Source of the DNA: Acidobacteriota bacterium
GTDB taxonomy: Bacteria; Acidobacteriota; UBA890; WLXD01
Length of the DNA: 64,000 nucleotides
NCBI GenBank assembly: GCA_963666215.2
Contig: CAXWPL010000004.1
Coordinates: 960,001 to 1,024,000, forward strand
Direction of reading: 5' to 3'
Positions 8,934-18,525 of this stretch are shown here, piece by piece. Within the stretch, counting starts at the first letter, position 1. Each line of letters starts with the position of its first letter. A program made the position numbers and the translations under genes. The notes beneath the pieces are model-generated. The model did not search any database. It was not told the DNA's origin and saw only the letters and a list, made by a program, of their open reading frames with translations.

Positions 8934-11366
8934 GTGCACCCTTTCGATGCGAACAGCCTTCGCGTCGCTCCCTCTGCGTCTCGCCCGCCCACTCTGCGTC
9001 TCGCCCGACCCTTGCTCCTGCTGTGCCTGGCGAGCTTGGTCGTGCTGGTCGGTTCGGCCGCTGCCGCAGAACAAGAGCAGACGCTCGCCGAGCAGGCCAA
9101 GCGGCAGCCCACGCAAGACCCCGGCAAGGCGGTCGTGCAACAGCAGCGTGAGCGCAGTGCTGGCGACCAGGAGGAGCTCGACCGAGATCAGGACTCGCTA
9201 GGTCCGATCGCCGCGCCGGCAGCCGGCGCCTTGACGCTGACGCCCGACGAGATCGCCGAGATCGCCGACGGCAAGAAGATGATCGCCACGCCGACCGGCC
9301 GCGCGCCCATCATCGACGGCATCATCGACGAAGACGTCTGGGCCCACAGCGACGTCGTCAGCGATCTGCTCCAGCGCGACCCCGACAACGGTCAGCCGAG
9401 CTCACAGCGCACCGAGATCCGCATCCTCTACGACGAGGAGTACATCTACGTCTCGTTCATCAACTTCGACACCGAGCCCGACAAGATTACCGCCACCGAC
9501 TTGCGGCGCGACTCGCGCCTGCAGGCCGACGACACGATTGCGGTGTTTTTCGACACGTTCCACGACCATCGCAACGGCTACGTTTTTCGTGTCAACCCGC
9601 TCGGCACCAAGTACGACGCAACGGTCAAGGACGAGACCGAGCTCAACTCGCAATGGGACGAGAAGTGGGAGGCCGCGGCCCAGATCACCGAGCGTGGCTG
9701 GGAAGCGGAGATGGCGATTCCCTGGAAGGCCGTGCGTTTCCCTGCTGGCGACCACATCTGGGGGATGGGCTTCAAGCGCGAGATCCGCAGGCGTAACGAA
9801 GAGGTCAACTGGAGCAGCTGGCGTCGCGGCTACGACTTCCGTGCGGTGTCGCAGATGGGGCATCTCGTCGGCCTCAAGAACCTCAAGCTCAACGGACGCT
9901 ATCGCCTCAAGCCCTACGTCTCGGGTGGCTACAACGACCTCAACGCCACCGAGGCTCCGATTTCGGAGGGCAATGGTGATATCGGCATCGAGGACTTCAA
10001 GGTCCAGATCACCCCGAACATCACCGCCGACTTCACGCTCAAGACCGACTTCGCGCAGGTCGAGGACGACGAGGAGCGGGTCAACCTGACCCGGTTCCCT
10101 CTGTTCTTCCCCGAGCGCCGCGAGTTCTTTCTCGAGTCCGCCAACGTGTTCCGTTTCGGATCGGCCAGCGAACACGGTGGGTTCGGATCACCCGACGCGC
10201 TGTTGTTCCACTCCCGCCGCATCGGTCTGGTCGACGGCGATCCGGTGCCGATGAATTACGGCATCAAGCTCACCGGCAAGATCGGTGGCTCGACGATCGG
10301 CGTCGTGAACGCCGGCACGGGCAATCTGATCAATGCTGGCAATGAGAGGGTCTCGGGCAGCAACTACTCGGCGGTACGCTGGCGCCAGGACATTCTCGGC
10401 CGCTCCTATGTGGGCGCGATGTTCACCAACGTCGAGGGCGAGGGCAGCAAGTACAACCGCGTTTTCGGGCTCGATGCCAGCTTCCGTTTCCTCGAGCACG
10501 CCAGCATCGGTGGATACGTGGCGCAGGCACGCGGCAACGACATCAACGGCGGCTCCTGGGTGGGTCAGTTCGGTGCTGGCTGGGATAGCGACCTGTGGAG
10601 CCTCAATGCCGGTTACTCTCGGGTCGACGAGGATTTCGAGACCGATCTCGGGTTCATTCGCAGGCGCGATGTGATCAAACAGAAGGTCTCGGGCAGCTGG
10701 ACACCGCGCCCGCACTTCGACTGGATGCGGCAGATCAGTTTCTTCGGCTCGGTGGACTACATCACCGACATCGGCGGGAGCTTGCAGACCCGAGAGCAGT
10801 CGGTGAACGCGCGCTTCAGCCTCGAGTCGGGCGACAGCTTCAGCGTTCGCGTGGAGAGAAAGTTCGAGCGTCTCGAAGAGGAGTTCGACGTCGAGGACGA
10901 GGCGATCGTGCCGGCCGGCGACTACAACTTCAACGAATGGAGCCTGTCGTTCAACACCTTCCAGGGACGCCGTTTCTCGGCCCGGACTCGTGTCGGCGGC
11001 GGCGGCTGGTTCAGCGGCTCGCGTAAGGCCTACTCGCTCAGCGGCACGGGGCGCTTCACCGAGAAGTTCAACCTGTCGCCGAGCTGGAACATCAACATCA
11101 TCACGCTTCCCGACGCCAGCTTCACCACCCATATCCTTCGGGTACGCGGCGGTTACAACTTTTCCGACCGCTGGCTGACGAGCGCGCTGGTTCAGTACAA
11201 CAGCCTGGACGACTCCATGGCGGTCTTCGCGCGACTCAACTACATCTACCGCACCGGCGACGACTTCTTCCTGGTCCTCAAGCAAACGTCGTTGTTCGAG
11301 GGCGTCTACAGCGGTCAACAAAACCGCGCGATCATCGCCAAGATGACCCGCTCGTTCGACTTCTAG
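8934..11366 (+). CDS. CBM9-like plus DUF5916 outer-membrane beta-barrel-type protein
   Basis: APIIDGIIDEDVW, TEIRILYD, FRVNPLG, WEAEMAIPW, DFAQVE..NLTRFPLFFPERREFFLE motifs and a terminal Phe. The start codon is uncertain. Confidence 0.85.
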   Translation: MHPFDANSLRVAPSASRPPTLRLARPLLLLCLASLVVLVGSAAAAEQEQTLAEQAKRQPTQDPGKAVVQQQRERSAGDQEELDRDQDSLGPIAAPAAGALTLTPDEIAEIADGKKMIATPTGRAPIIDGIIDEDVWAHSDVVSDLLQRDPDNGQPSSQRTEIRILYDEEYIYVSFINFDTEPDKITATDLRRDSRLQADDTIAVFFDTFHDHRNGYVFRVNPLGTKYDATVKDETELNSQWDEKWEAAAQITERGWEAEMAIPWKAVRFPAGDHIWGMGFKREIRRRNEEVNWSSWRRGYDFRAVSQMGHLVGLKNLKLNGRYRLKPYVSGGYNDLNATEAPISEGNGDIGIEDFKVQITPNITADFTLKTDFAQVEDDEERVNLTRFPLFFPERREFFLESANVFRFGSASEHGGFGSPDALLFHSRRIGLVDGDPVPMNYGIKLTGKIGGSTIGVVNAGTGNLINAGNERVSGSNYSAVRWRQDILGRSYVGAMFTNVEGEGSKYNRVFGLDASFRFLEHASIGGYVAQARGNDINGGSWVGQFGAGWDSDLWSLNAGYSRVDEDFETDLGFIRRRDVIKQKVSGSWTPRPHFDWMRQISFFGSVDYITDIGGSLQTREQSVNARFSLESGDSFSVRVERKFERLEEEFDVEDEAIVPAGDYNFNEWSLSFNTFQGRRFSARTRVGGGGWFSGSRKAYSLSGTGRFTEKFNLSPSWNINIITLPDASFTTHILRVRGGYNFSDRWLTSALVQYNSLDDSMAVFARLNYIYRTGDDFFLVLKQTSLFEGVYSGQQNRAIIAKMTRSFDF

Positions 11367-11432
11367 GCCACCGGCGAGCTCTGGCCAGCCGGGGAGAGCC
11401 AAGAATCGAGCACGGGGCGCGACCTGGCCGCA

Positions 11433-12050
11433 CTAGGGCTTGGCCCGCCGGCGGTCGAGCTCCCGCAGGATGGCGGCGAGGCTGACGTCCGACGCCCGCG
11501 CGACGACAAGTAGGTGGTAGAGGAGGTCGGCGGCTTCCGAGGTCACCCGGGCAGGATCATCGTCGGCTCCGGCTACGGCGAGCTCCGCAGCTTCCTCACC
11601 CAGCTTCTTGAGTCGCAGATTGCGGTCGTGCAGCAGGCGCGCCGTGTAGCCGTCGGACGGCGTGTCGGTGCTGGCGTCAGCACGGGCGTCGATCGTGGCG
11701 GCGAGAGCGGCGAGGGTGGGGCGCGCACTGAAGCAGTTGCCCTCGTTCGTGTGGCAGGCCGGCCCGGCGGGATCGACACGCGCCAGAAGAGTGTCGCGGT
11801 CGCAGTCGGCCTCGAGCTCGATCAATCGCAGCACGTTGCCGCTGGTTGCCCCCTTGCGCCAGAGCTCGTCGCGAGATCGCGAGTGGAAGTGCATTTCGCC
11901 GGTTGTCAGGGTTTGCCGCACAGCCTCGGCGTCGGCCCAGGCGACCATCAGCACCTCGCCGGTGGCGTAGTGCTGCGCGATCACGGGCACCAAGCCACTG
12001 CCCTTGCGGAAGTCGACTTCATCGATGTCGCTCAACGCCGCGACCTTCAT
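11433..12050 (-). CDS. hisIE: Bifunctional phosphoribosyl-AMP cyclohydrolase / phosphoribosyl-ATP pyrophosphatase
   Basis: [36 protein letters not shown] and EAADLLYH motifs. Confidence 0.95.
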   Translation of the reverse strand: MKVAALSDIDEVDFRKGSGLVPVIAQHYATGEVLMVAWADAEAVRQTLTTGEMHFHSRSRDELWRKGATSGNVLRLIELEADCDRDTLLARVDPAGPACHTNEGNCFSARPTLAALAATIDARADASTDTPSDGYTARLLHDRNLRLKKLGEEAAELAVAGADDDPARVTSEAADLLYHLLVVARASDVSLAAILRELDRRRAKP

Positions 12051-12820
12051 GACGCTCTCTCCTGGCGAGCCGGCACGCCGGCGGCTTGGAGCGCGGCTTT
12101 CACTTCGCCGACGCTCATGATGGCTTCGTGGAAGGTGCCGGCCGCGAGCGCCGCTTCCGCGCGCGTCTCCTGGAACACCTCCACGAAGTGGTCGGGTGTA
12201 CCGGCGCCGCCGCTGGCAATCACGGGCACGTCAACCGCGTCGCACACGGCCGCGGTCAGTTCGATGTCATATCCGTTGCGGACGCCATCTTGATCGATCG
12301 CGGTCAGCAGGATCTCTCCCGCGCCGAGCGAAGCGCATTGCCGGGCCCACTCGATGGTGTCGAGGCCGGTTGCCTGCGAGCCGCCGTGGGTGAAGACTTC
12401 GGTGCCGGTCGAGGCACGGCGAGCATCGATACTGGCTACGACGCACTGTGCACCGAAGCGCTTGGCCGCTTCAGTGAGCAGCGACGGTTGCGTTACTGCG
12501 GCGGAGTTGATCGCCACCTTGTCGGCACCGGAGCGCAGCAGCCTGGCGATGTCTTCGACCGTGCGCACTCCTCCGCCCACGGTCAGGGGCACGAGCAGGC
12601 GTTCGGCCGCGCTCCGAACCACGTCGAGCACGGTGCCGCGCGCCTCGTTCGAGGCGGAGATGTCGAGGAAAGCGATTTCGTCGGCGCCCTGTTGCTGGTA
12701 GCGATCGGCGAGCTCCACGGGATCGCCCATGTCGCGCAAGTCGAGGAAGCGCGTCCCCTTGACCACCCGGCCGCCGTCGACGTCGAGGCAGACGATGATG
12801 CGTTTGCGCAGCATGGTCAC
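12047..12820 (-). CDS. hisF: Imidazole glycerol phosphate synthase cyclase subunit
   Basis: [37 protein letters not shown] and IASGGAG motifs. Confidence 0.97.
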   Translation of the reverse strand: MTMLRKRIIVCLDVDGGRVVKGTRFLDLRDMGDPVELADRYQQQGADEIAFLDISASNEARGTVLDVVRSAAERLLVPLTVGGGVRTVEDIARLLRSGADKVAINSAAVTQPSLLTEAAKRFGAQCVVASIDARRASTGTEVFTHGGSQATGLDTIEWARQCASLGAGEILLTAIDQDGVRNGYDIELTAAVCDAVDVPVIASGGAGTPDHFVEVFQETRAEAALAAGTFHEAIMSVGEVKAALQAAGVPARQERAS

Positions 12821-13374
12821 TCGTCCGCGAGCGTTCGTCGCTCGATTGCCACGGCGCCCTTGGTGCTGAAGACAACATCACCTTCGGCCGCGGCACGGCG
12901 CAGCGCCAGGCCGATGGCCTTGATGGCCGCTTCCACAATGTGATGCCGGTCGATACCACGCAGAACGCACACGTGCAGCGTCCAGCGCGCATTCTCGGCC
13001 AGCGAGCGGGCGAAGTGATCCCAGCGCGGGTCGGGCAGCGGACCCTCGTAGTAGTGGCGGCCGCCAACGTCGAGCACCACCTGCACGAGGGCGTCGTCCA
13101 TCGGCATCGTGGCCTCGGCGTACCGCACGCAAGTGCCGGGTATGGCTTCGAGACAGGCGAGACCGATGGTGATGGCGACGTCCTCGACGAGGTGGTGGTC
13201 GAGGTCGCCACTGGCGTCGATCTGCAGGTTGGCACCGGCGTAGCGCGCCAGGGTCTCGAGCATGTGTTTGAGGAACGGCTCCGTAGTGGTGATCTCCGCG
13301 CGGGGCTCGCGAGCGTTCAAACCGAGCCGTACCCTGACGTCGGTCTCGCTGGTACGACGGTGGATCTCGATCAT
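12817..13374 (-). CDS. hisB: Imidazoleglycerol-phosphate dehydratase (monofunctional)
   Basis: [37 protein letters not shown] and STKG motifs. Confidence 0.93.
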   Translation of the reverse strand: MIEIHRRTSETDVRVRLGLNAREPRAEITTTEPFLKHMLETLARYAGANLQIDASGDLDHHLVEDVAITIGLACLEAIPGTCVRYAEATMPMDDALVQVVLDVGGRHYYEGPLPDPRWDHFARSLAENARWTLHVCVLRGIDRHHIVEAAIKAIGLALRRAAAEGDVVFSTKGAVAIERRTLADE

Positions 13375-14087
13375 TTCCAGTACTCCCGTTGCAACTCGGT
13401 TGTCGTGATGGCGCCGGTGTAGAGCGCGGTGCCGATGACCGCCTCGGCGACGCCCGCCTGTTCGAGTGCCTTCAAGTCCTCGAGCCGTCGAATGCCTCCC
13501 GCCGCGATCAGCGGATGCGCGGTCGAGGAGGCGAGTTGTCCGAACATGTCGGTGTCGGCGCCGCGCAGCAGCCCCTCGCGATTGACGTCGGTAACCAGAA
13601 CCGCCGCCAGCGGCAGCTCGTCGACGATCTCGAGCAGCTCTTCGACGGTGAGCTCGGCGCTGCGACTCCAGCCCTCGGCGACAACCGTGCCGCCGCGAGT
13701 GTCGGCCGCCAGAACAACACGATCGGGGAAGCGGTGGGCCTGCTCAGCGAGCCACGCCGGGTCGCGTACCGCGCGCGTGCCAACGATCACGCGGGCGGCG
13801 CCGGCGGCGAGCCATTCGGCCACAGCGGCCCCGGCCCGGAACCCGCCGCCCACCTGTACCGGCACCCGTGCGGCGCCTAGCACGGCTCGAATCCCGTCGG
13901 TGTTGGAACCGCGATCGAGAGCCGCGTCGAGGTCGACGACATGCAGCCAGGGAGCACCAGCGGCTTGCCAGTCGTCGGCGACGCGCGCTGGATCAGGACG
14001 TCGAATGTGCTCGCGACTCGGATCGCCCTGCGCGAGCTGCACCACGTCGCCGCGCATCAGATCAATCGCCGCGTGCACGATCATCAT
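13371..14087 (-). CDS. hisA: ProFAR isomerase
   Basis: AIDL..G.VVQL.QG, LHVVDLDAA, VQVGGG, AAGGIR and IGTALY motifs. Confidence 0.93.
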   Translation of the reverse strand: MMIVHAAIDLMRGDVVQLAQGDPSREHIRRPDPARVADDWQAAGAPWLHVVDLDAALDRGSNTDGIRAVLGAARVPVQVGGGFRAGAAVAEWLAAGAARVIVGTRAVRDPAWLAEQAHRFPDRVVLAADTRGGTVVAEGWSRSAELTVEELLEIVDELPLAAVLVTDVNREGLLRGADTDMFGQLASSTAHPLIAAGGIRRLEDLKALEQAGVAEAVIGTALYTGAITTTELQREYWK

Positions 14088-14773
14088 CGCGCTCGCCGCG
14101 CGGCGCGCAGGAAGTTGTGGATGATCCGCAAGCCGGGCTCGCCGCTCTTCTCGGGGTGAAACTGCGTGCCCCAGGTGTTTGCGGCGCGGATGGCGGACGG
14201 AAAGCTGTCGGTTTCGTAGGTGGTGCGGCCAATGACTACCGCCGTTTGGGCCGCCTCGACGGGCTCGGGAGCAACGTAGCGGTGGGCGAAGTAGACAACA
14301 AGACCGCCACCACCGGGCACGTGCTCGTCGACGCCATCGGTCGAGCCATTCTCTGACGCGGTTTCAGACCGCCGCTCGAGGGGCTGTGAATCGAAGAGCG
14401 GATCGATCGCTGTCTCGACGTCGTTCCACCCCATCTGGGGCGTGCGCTGGGCTCGCAGTCGCCGAACTTTGCCACGCAACAGCCCGATGCCGTCGCCCTC
14501 CGATTCCTCGCTCGATTCGAACAGGAGCTGCATCCCCAGACAGATGCCCAGGCACGGGTGACCGGACGCCAGCGCTTGCCGCGCGATCGTGGCGTCTCCG
14601 CCGAAACGCGCCGACGCCGCCCCGAAGGCGCCGACCCCCGGGAGCACGAGGGCATCGAGCCGCAGTGCGTCGCCCAGCGACGTGGTCGTCTCGACCTCGG
14701 CGCCGCCGCGGACCAGAGCCCTGGCGAGCGAGTGCAGGTTGCCAACGCCGAAATCCATGAGCGCGACTCTCAT
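14084..14773 (-). CDS. hisH: Imidazole glycerol phosphate synthase glutaminase subunit
   Basis: GNLHS, LPGVGAF, GICLGMQ, PQMGWN and QFHPEKS motifs; about 20-aa low-complexity insertion. Confidence 0.95.
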   Translation of the reverse strand: MRVALMDFGVGNLHSLARALVRGGAEVETTTSLGDALRLDALVLPGVGAFGAASARFGGDATIARQALASGHPCLGICLGMQLLFESSEESEGDGIGLLRGKVRRLRAQRTPQMGWNDVETAIDPLFDSQPLERRSETASENGSTDGVDEHVPGGGGLVVYFAHRYVAPEPVEAAQTAVVIGRTTYETDSFPSAIRAANTWGTQFHPEKSGEPGLRIIHNFLRAARRAR

Positions 14774-17226
14774 GAGCTCGGCTCCACGGCCGCGGGGATC
14801 TCTGCCAGCACCGCGTCGAGCTCTTCCAGGAAACGAGCGATCTCGCTACGCCGGCCCACCGTGACGCGGACGCAATCGCCAACCTCCCCGAGCCCGGGGA
14901 AGGCGCGTACGCCCACGCCGCGATCGCGCAGTCCGGCCTCCAGATCGTCGGCACCAACCCCGTCCGGTGCCGCTATCAGCAGGAAGTTGGCGGCGGAAGG
15001 CCAGGCGCGTAGCCGGCGTTTGTCGAGCGCGGCCGCCAACAGCACGCGATTGCGCGTGGTGCGCGCCACCACGTCGTTGCGCCACTCGCGATTGCCGAGG
15101 GCGGCGACCGCCGCGGATTCAGCGACGGCGTTGAGCTTGTACGGACCACGGGCCTTCTCGATGGTCTCGATCAGACCCGTGGAGCCGACCGCGTAGCCGG
15201 CGCGAAGGCCCGCGAGCCCCGCCACTTTGGAGAACGTGCGCAGTACCACGACATTCGACGTGGTCGTTGCCCACGCTGCCAGCGACTCGTGCCCGCTGAA
15301 CTCGATATAGGCCTCGTCGACAATCAGCAAGCCGGCGCAGCGACCCGCCAACGATCGTGCGTCGGCACCGGGAACCAGCACACCACTCGGATTCTCCGGG
15401 CGGCATAGATAGGTGACGGCAGCGCGCGCTGCGGCCAGTCCGTCGACGTCGGGAGTCAATGAGATGCCGCTCGACACCGCGCAGGTGCGCGCGCCGTTAA
15501 CTATCGCGAAGTCGGGCACAACCGAGAAGGTCGGCCAGGCGTGCGCGACCACCGCGCCGGGTTCGGTAAAAGCGCGCAATGTGGTGTCGAGGAGGTCGTC
15601 GGATCCGCAGCCGGTGGCAATGTTCGCCGGTTCGACGCCAAGCTCTTCCGCCAGCGCGACCTTCAGCTGCCCCCCGTAGGTGCTCGGGTAGGAGCGCAGC
15701 GTCTCGCGCGGCGTATTCCTCACGGCCTCGAGGGCACCGGGCGCGACCCCGAAGCGGCTGGTGTTGTCGCTGAGCTCGATCTCGGCGTTGCGATCTCCGG
15801 GCGCGTAGCAGCGTATGCTTCGTAGAGCGTTTCGCTCCGACGGCGGGGTCGGCTGAGGCGGCGTCGGCGCGGCCGTTTCGTTTGCTGCCGCGGTCATCGG
15901 AGGCTGGTGGCGGCGGGCCGCCGCGGCGTGCGCAGGCAGGCCTTCCATCTCAGCCAGAGTCTCCGCCGTTGCGGCGAGTTGCGGAGCGGCGGAGGCGTCG
16001 ATTGATTGCCAGCTCACCCAGCGTACGAAGTCGTCTGTCGACAGACCCGAGCGGACGCGGGCGTGGCCGTTCGTGGGCAGCACGTGGTTGGAGCCCGAGG
16101 CGTAGTCGCCGAAGGTTACGGAGGAATGCCCTCCAATGAACACCGCCCCCGCCCGGCACACCCGCGCCGCCAGAGCGCTTGCGTCCTCGGTTAGCAACAG
16201 CAGGTGCTCGGGCGCGTACTCCTCGGACAGTTGCAGCGCCTCTTCGAGGCTGGTGCAGACGATCGCGGCCCCGCGTGCCGCGAGGGCCGTTCGTACGGTC
16301 GACGCGGTCGCCAGCCCGGCGAGTTGGCGTTCGAGACGCGGTTCGAGCTCGGCGACCAGGTTGTCGTCGGTGGTCAGCAGACAGACCGCCGCCCGGCAAT
16401 CGTGCTCGGCCTGTGCGATCAGCTCGGCGACGACGGCGTCGGGATCGGCTGAGCCATCGGCAATGACCAGGAGCTCGGAAGGGCCCGCCGGCGAGTCGAT
16501 GGCCACGCGTTGTGCGAGCTGCGACTTGGCCTCCTCCACGTAGGCGTTTCCGGGGCCGACGATCTTGTCGACCCGAGGTACCGACTCGGTGCCGAACGCC
16601 ATGGCGGCGATCGCGCCCGCGCCGCCGATGGCGAACAACCGGTCGACTCTGGCCAGGCTGCAGGCTGCCCGTACCGCCGTGGCCGGAAGACCGTCCGGTT
16701 GCGGGGGTGAGCAGACGATCACCTCGCTCACGCCGGCCACCCGTGCGGGGATGGCGCACATGAGCACGCTGCTCGGGTACACGGCGCGTCCGCCCGGCGC
16801 GTAGGCGCCGACGCGTTGGAGCGGCACAGGTCGACGGCCAACCACGACGCCGGGCGCTGGCCGCGACTCGCGGGCATCGGGACGAAGATCCTCATGCACC
16901 CGGCGAATCGCGTTGGCCGCCGCACGCAGAGCCTGGGCTTGCCCGGGGGCCATCGACTCGAGGGCCGCGTCACACTCGCGGAGTGGAACTTCGAGACTCT
17001 CCAGACTCTCCAGGACGTTCAGTGGCACTCTATCGAGATCATGGGCGAGCTCGCGCAGCGCTTGGTCGCCCGTGGCACGTACGCGCTCGACGATGCCTTC
17101 TACGCGTTGGGCAACGTCTGGCTGATCTTCTCGACCGCGCGCGATGATCCGCCGCAGCGCCGTGGAGCTCAGGTTCCCAAGCCGACCGGCAACCGAGAAC
17201 ACCCCGGCGGCAAGCGTCGGGCTCAC
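14770..17226 (-). CDS. hisD: Histidinol dehydrogenase fused in frame to histidinol-phosphate aminotransferase (HisD-HisC)
   Basis: N-terminal HisD motifs (YAPGG, PGNAYV, AGPSE, QAEHD, APEHL, GDY..GSNHVLPT), a Pro/Ala linker, then HisC motifs (GCGSDD, DEAYIEF, RTFSKVAGLAGLR). An internal ATG at 15897 could start a separate hisC. Confidence 0.88.
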   Translation of the reverse strand: MSPTLAAGVFSVAGRLGNLSSTALRRIIARGREDQPDVAQRVEGIVERVRATGDQALRELAHDLDRVPLNVLESLESLEVPLRECDAALESMAPGQAQALRAAANAIRRVHEDLRPDARESRPAPGVVVGRRPVPLQRVGAYAPGGRAVYPSSVLMCAIPARVAGVSEVIVCSPPQPDGLPATAVRAACSLARVDRLFAIGGAGAIAAMAFGTESVPRVDKIVGPGNAYVEEAKSQLAQRVAIDSPAGPSELLVIADGSADPDAVVAELIAQAEHDCRAAVCLLTTDDNLVAELEPRLERQLAGLATASTVRTALAARGAAIVCTSLEEALQLSEEYAPEHLLLLTEDASALAARVCRAGAVFIGGHSSVTFGDYASGSNHVLPTNGHARVRSGLSTDDFVRWVSWQSIDASAAPQLAATAETLAEMEGLPAHAAAARRHQPPMTAAANETAAPTPPQPTPPSERNALRSIRCYAPGDRNAEIELSDNTSRFGVAPGALEAVRNTPRETLRSYPSTYGGQLKVALAEELGVEPANIATGCGSDDLLDTTLRAFTEPGAVVAHAWPTFSVVPDFAIVNGARTCAVSSGISLTPDVDGLAAARAAVTYLCRPENPSGVLVPGADARSLAGRCAGLLIVDEAYIEFSGHESLAAWATTTSNVVVLRTFSKVAGLAGLRAGYAVGSTGLIETIEKARGPYKLNAVAESAAVAALGNREWRNDVVARTTRNRVLLAAALDKRRLRAWPSAANFLLIAAPDGVGADDLEAGLRDRGVGVRAFPGLGEVGDCVRVTVGRRSEIARFLEELDAVLAEIPAAVEPSS

Positions 17227-18086
17227 GGGGACAGCCTCTCGATCTTGGTCACCAGGATGCCGGTGGCGCCGATGCGGCGCAGATCGTTGATCAAGCGGTA
17301 GGTCTCGGCCTGCTCGACTACGGCGTGCGCCGCCACCACTTCCCCTCCATCGAGCACGTCGATGATCGTGGGCCCCGAGATTCCGGGCAAGAGTTGCCTC
17401 ACTTCTTCGAGCCGCTGTCGCGGCACGTTGGCCATGAGATAGCGCTTGTCGCGAGCTCGAATCACCGACTCGAGCGCATCGGAGAGCGCGGAGACCTCGG
17501 CGGCGGCCGCCGGATCGTCCCTCAGGCCCGGCCGGGCGATGAGCGACGCCTCCGATTCGAGTACGGTCTCGACCTCGCGTAGGCCGTTGATCTTGAGCGT
17601 CGACCCGGTCGCCACCAGATCGACAATGACGTCGGCGACGCCGATATGAGGAGCGATCTCGGCTGCGCCCGACACGGGAACGACGGTGATCCTCTTGTTC
17701 GCCGCCTCGAAGAACCGCCGCGCCAGCCCCGGAAATGAGGTGGCCACCGGGGCGCCGTCGGGAATGTCGGCGATCGTCCTGATGGTGTCCTCGTCGCGGG
17801 TCGCCACGACGAGACGGCAGCGGCCGAACCCGAGGTCGAGAACAGGATCGAGGTCGCGGTCCGACTCGGCGATGAGATCGCCTCCGGTGATGCCGAGGTC
17901 GGTGGCACCGTCGGCGACGAATTCGGGGATGTCGCTGGTGCTGACGAAGATTGCGAGGAGGTGTTCGCCAAGACGGGCCTGCAGCACGCGGCCGCTCAGA
18001 CCGGAGAAACGCAGGCCGGTGCGTCGTAACAGATCTCGGGCGGGCTCAGCGAGCCGACCCTTGTTGGGTAGGGCGATGCGGATCAT
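17223..18086 (-). CDS. hisG: ATP phosphoribosyltransferase, long form
   Basis: MIRIALPNKGRL, DLGITG, GAAEIAP, DLVATGSTL motifs plus the C-terminal regulatory domain (LPGISGPT). Start taken as ATG 18086, downstream of the attenuator. Confidence 0.95.
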   Translation of the reverse strand: MIRIALPNKGRLAEPARDLLRRTGLRFSGLSGRVLQARLGEHLLAIFVSTSDIPEFVADGATDLGITGGDLIAESDRDLDPVLDLGFGRCRLVVATRDEDTIRTIADIPDGAPVATSFPGLARRFFEAANKRITVVPVSGAAEIAPHIGVADVIVDLVATGSTLKINGLREVETVLESEASLIARPGLRDDPAAAAEVSALSDALESVIRARDKRYLMANVPRQRLEEVRQLLPGISGPTIIDVLDGGEVVAAHAVVEQAETYRLINDLRRIGATGILVTKIERLSP

Positions 18087-18114
18087 CACGAGCACCAAAG
18101 TGGTTGTCGGGCAC

Positions 18115-18153
18115 AAAAAAAGCCGCGATCCGTTGGGTTCCACGGACCGCGGC
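18115..18153 (-). terminator. his attenuator terminator hairpin
   Basis: Minus strand GCCGCGGTCCGT-GGAACCCA-ACGGATCGCGGC-TTTTTTT, about 30 nt before hisG. Confidence 0.9.
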
Positions 18154-18173
18154 GAGAGATTCCCTTTGGAGTG

Positions 18174-18260
18174 CTAGGTAGGCACACTCCATCGCCACGG
18201 CCCGTTGGGGCCGTGATGGCGATGGTGATGATGACGCTGTATGCGAACCCGAGTAGTCAT
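18174..18260 (-). CDS. hisL: his operon leader peptide MTTRVRIQRHHHHRHHGPNGPWRWSVPT
   Basis: Translated by hand: 6 His codons within 7 positions, directly upstream of the terminator and hisG. It resembles enterobacterial HisL (MTRVQFKHHHHHHHPD). Confidence 0.9.
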   Translation of the reverse strand: MTTRVRIQRHHHHRHHGPNGPWRWSVPT

Positions 18261-18494
18261 GCAGCGATTCTAGGCGACGCCTGTCGGGATAGCAAGCGAC
18301 CACCTGTCGCAGCACCCTCGAGAGCCGGTCACCATCGGGCGACTGCGGACAGGAGCCAGATGGAGAGAGACAAACCTGCTGCCGGCCAGACGCAGATCCC
18401 GGAAGCTTCGGGGCCGCGAGGAGATCCGTTGTGACTTCACCGTCACTGCCGGCTTGCCACGCTCCGGAATGGTAACGTCGCGCGACCGCTTTTT

Positions 18495-18525
18495 TTGACG
18501 CCCCCCCCCCCCCCGCAGCCATGGT
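18495..18525 (+). promoter_or_regulatory. Possible promoter with a C14 homopolymer spacer (TTGACG-C14-GCAGC-CATGGT)
   Basis: TTGACG at 18495-18500 is followed directly by 14 C's (18501-18514). The promoter role is inferred. Confidence 0.4.
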
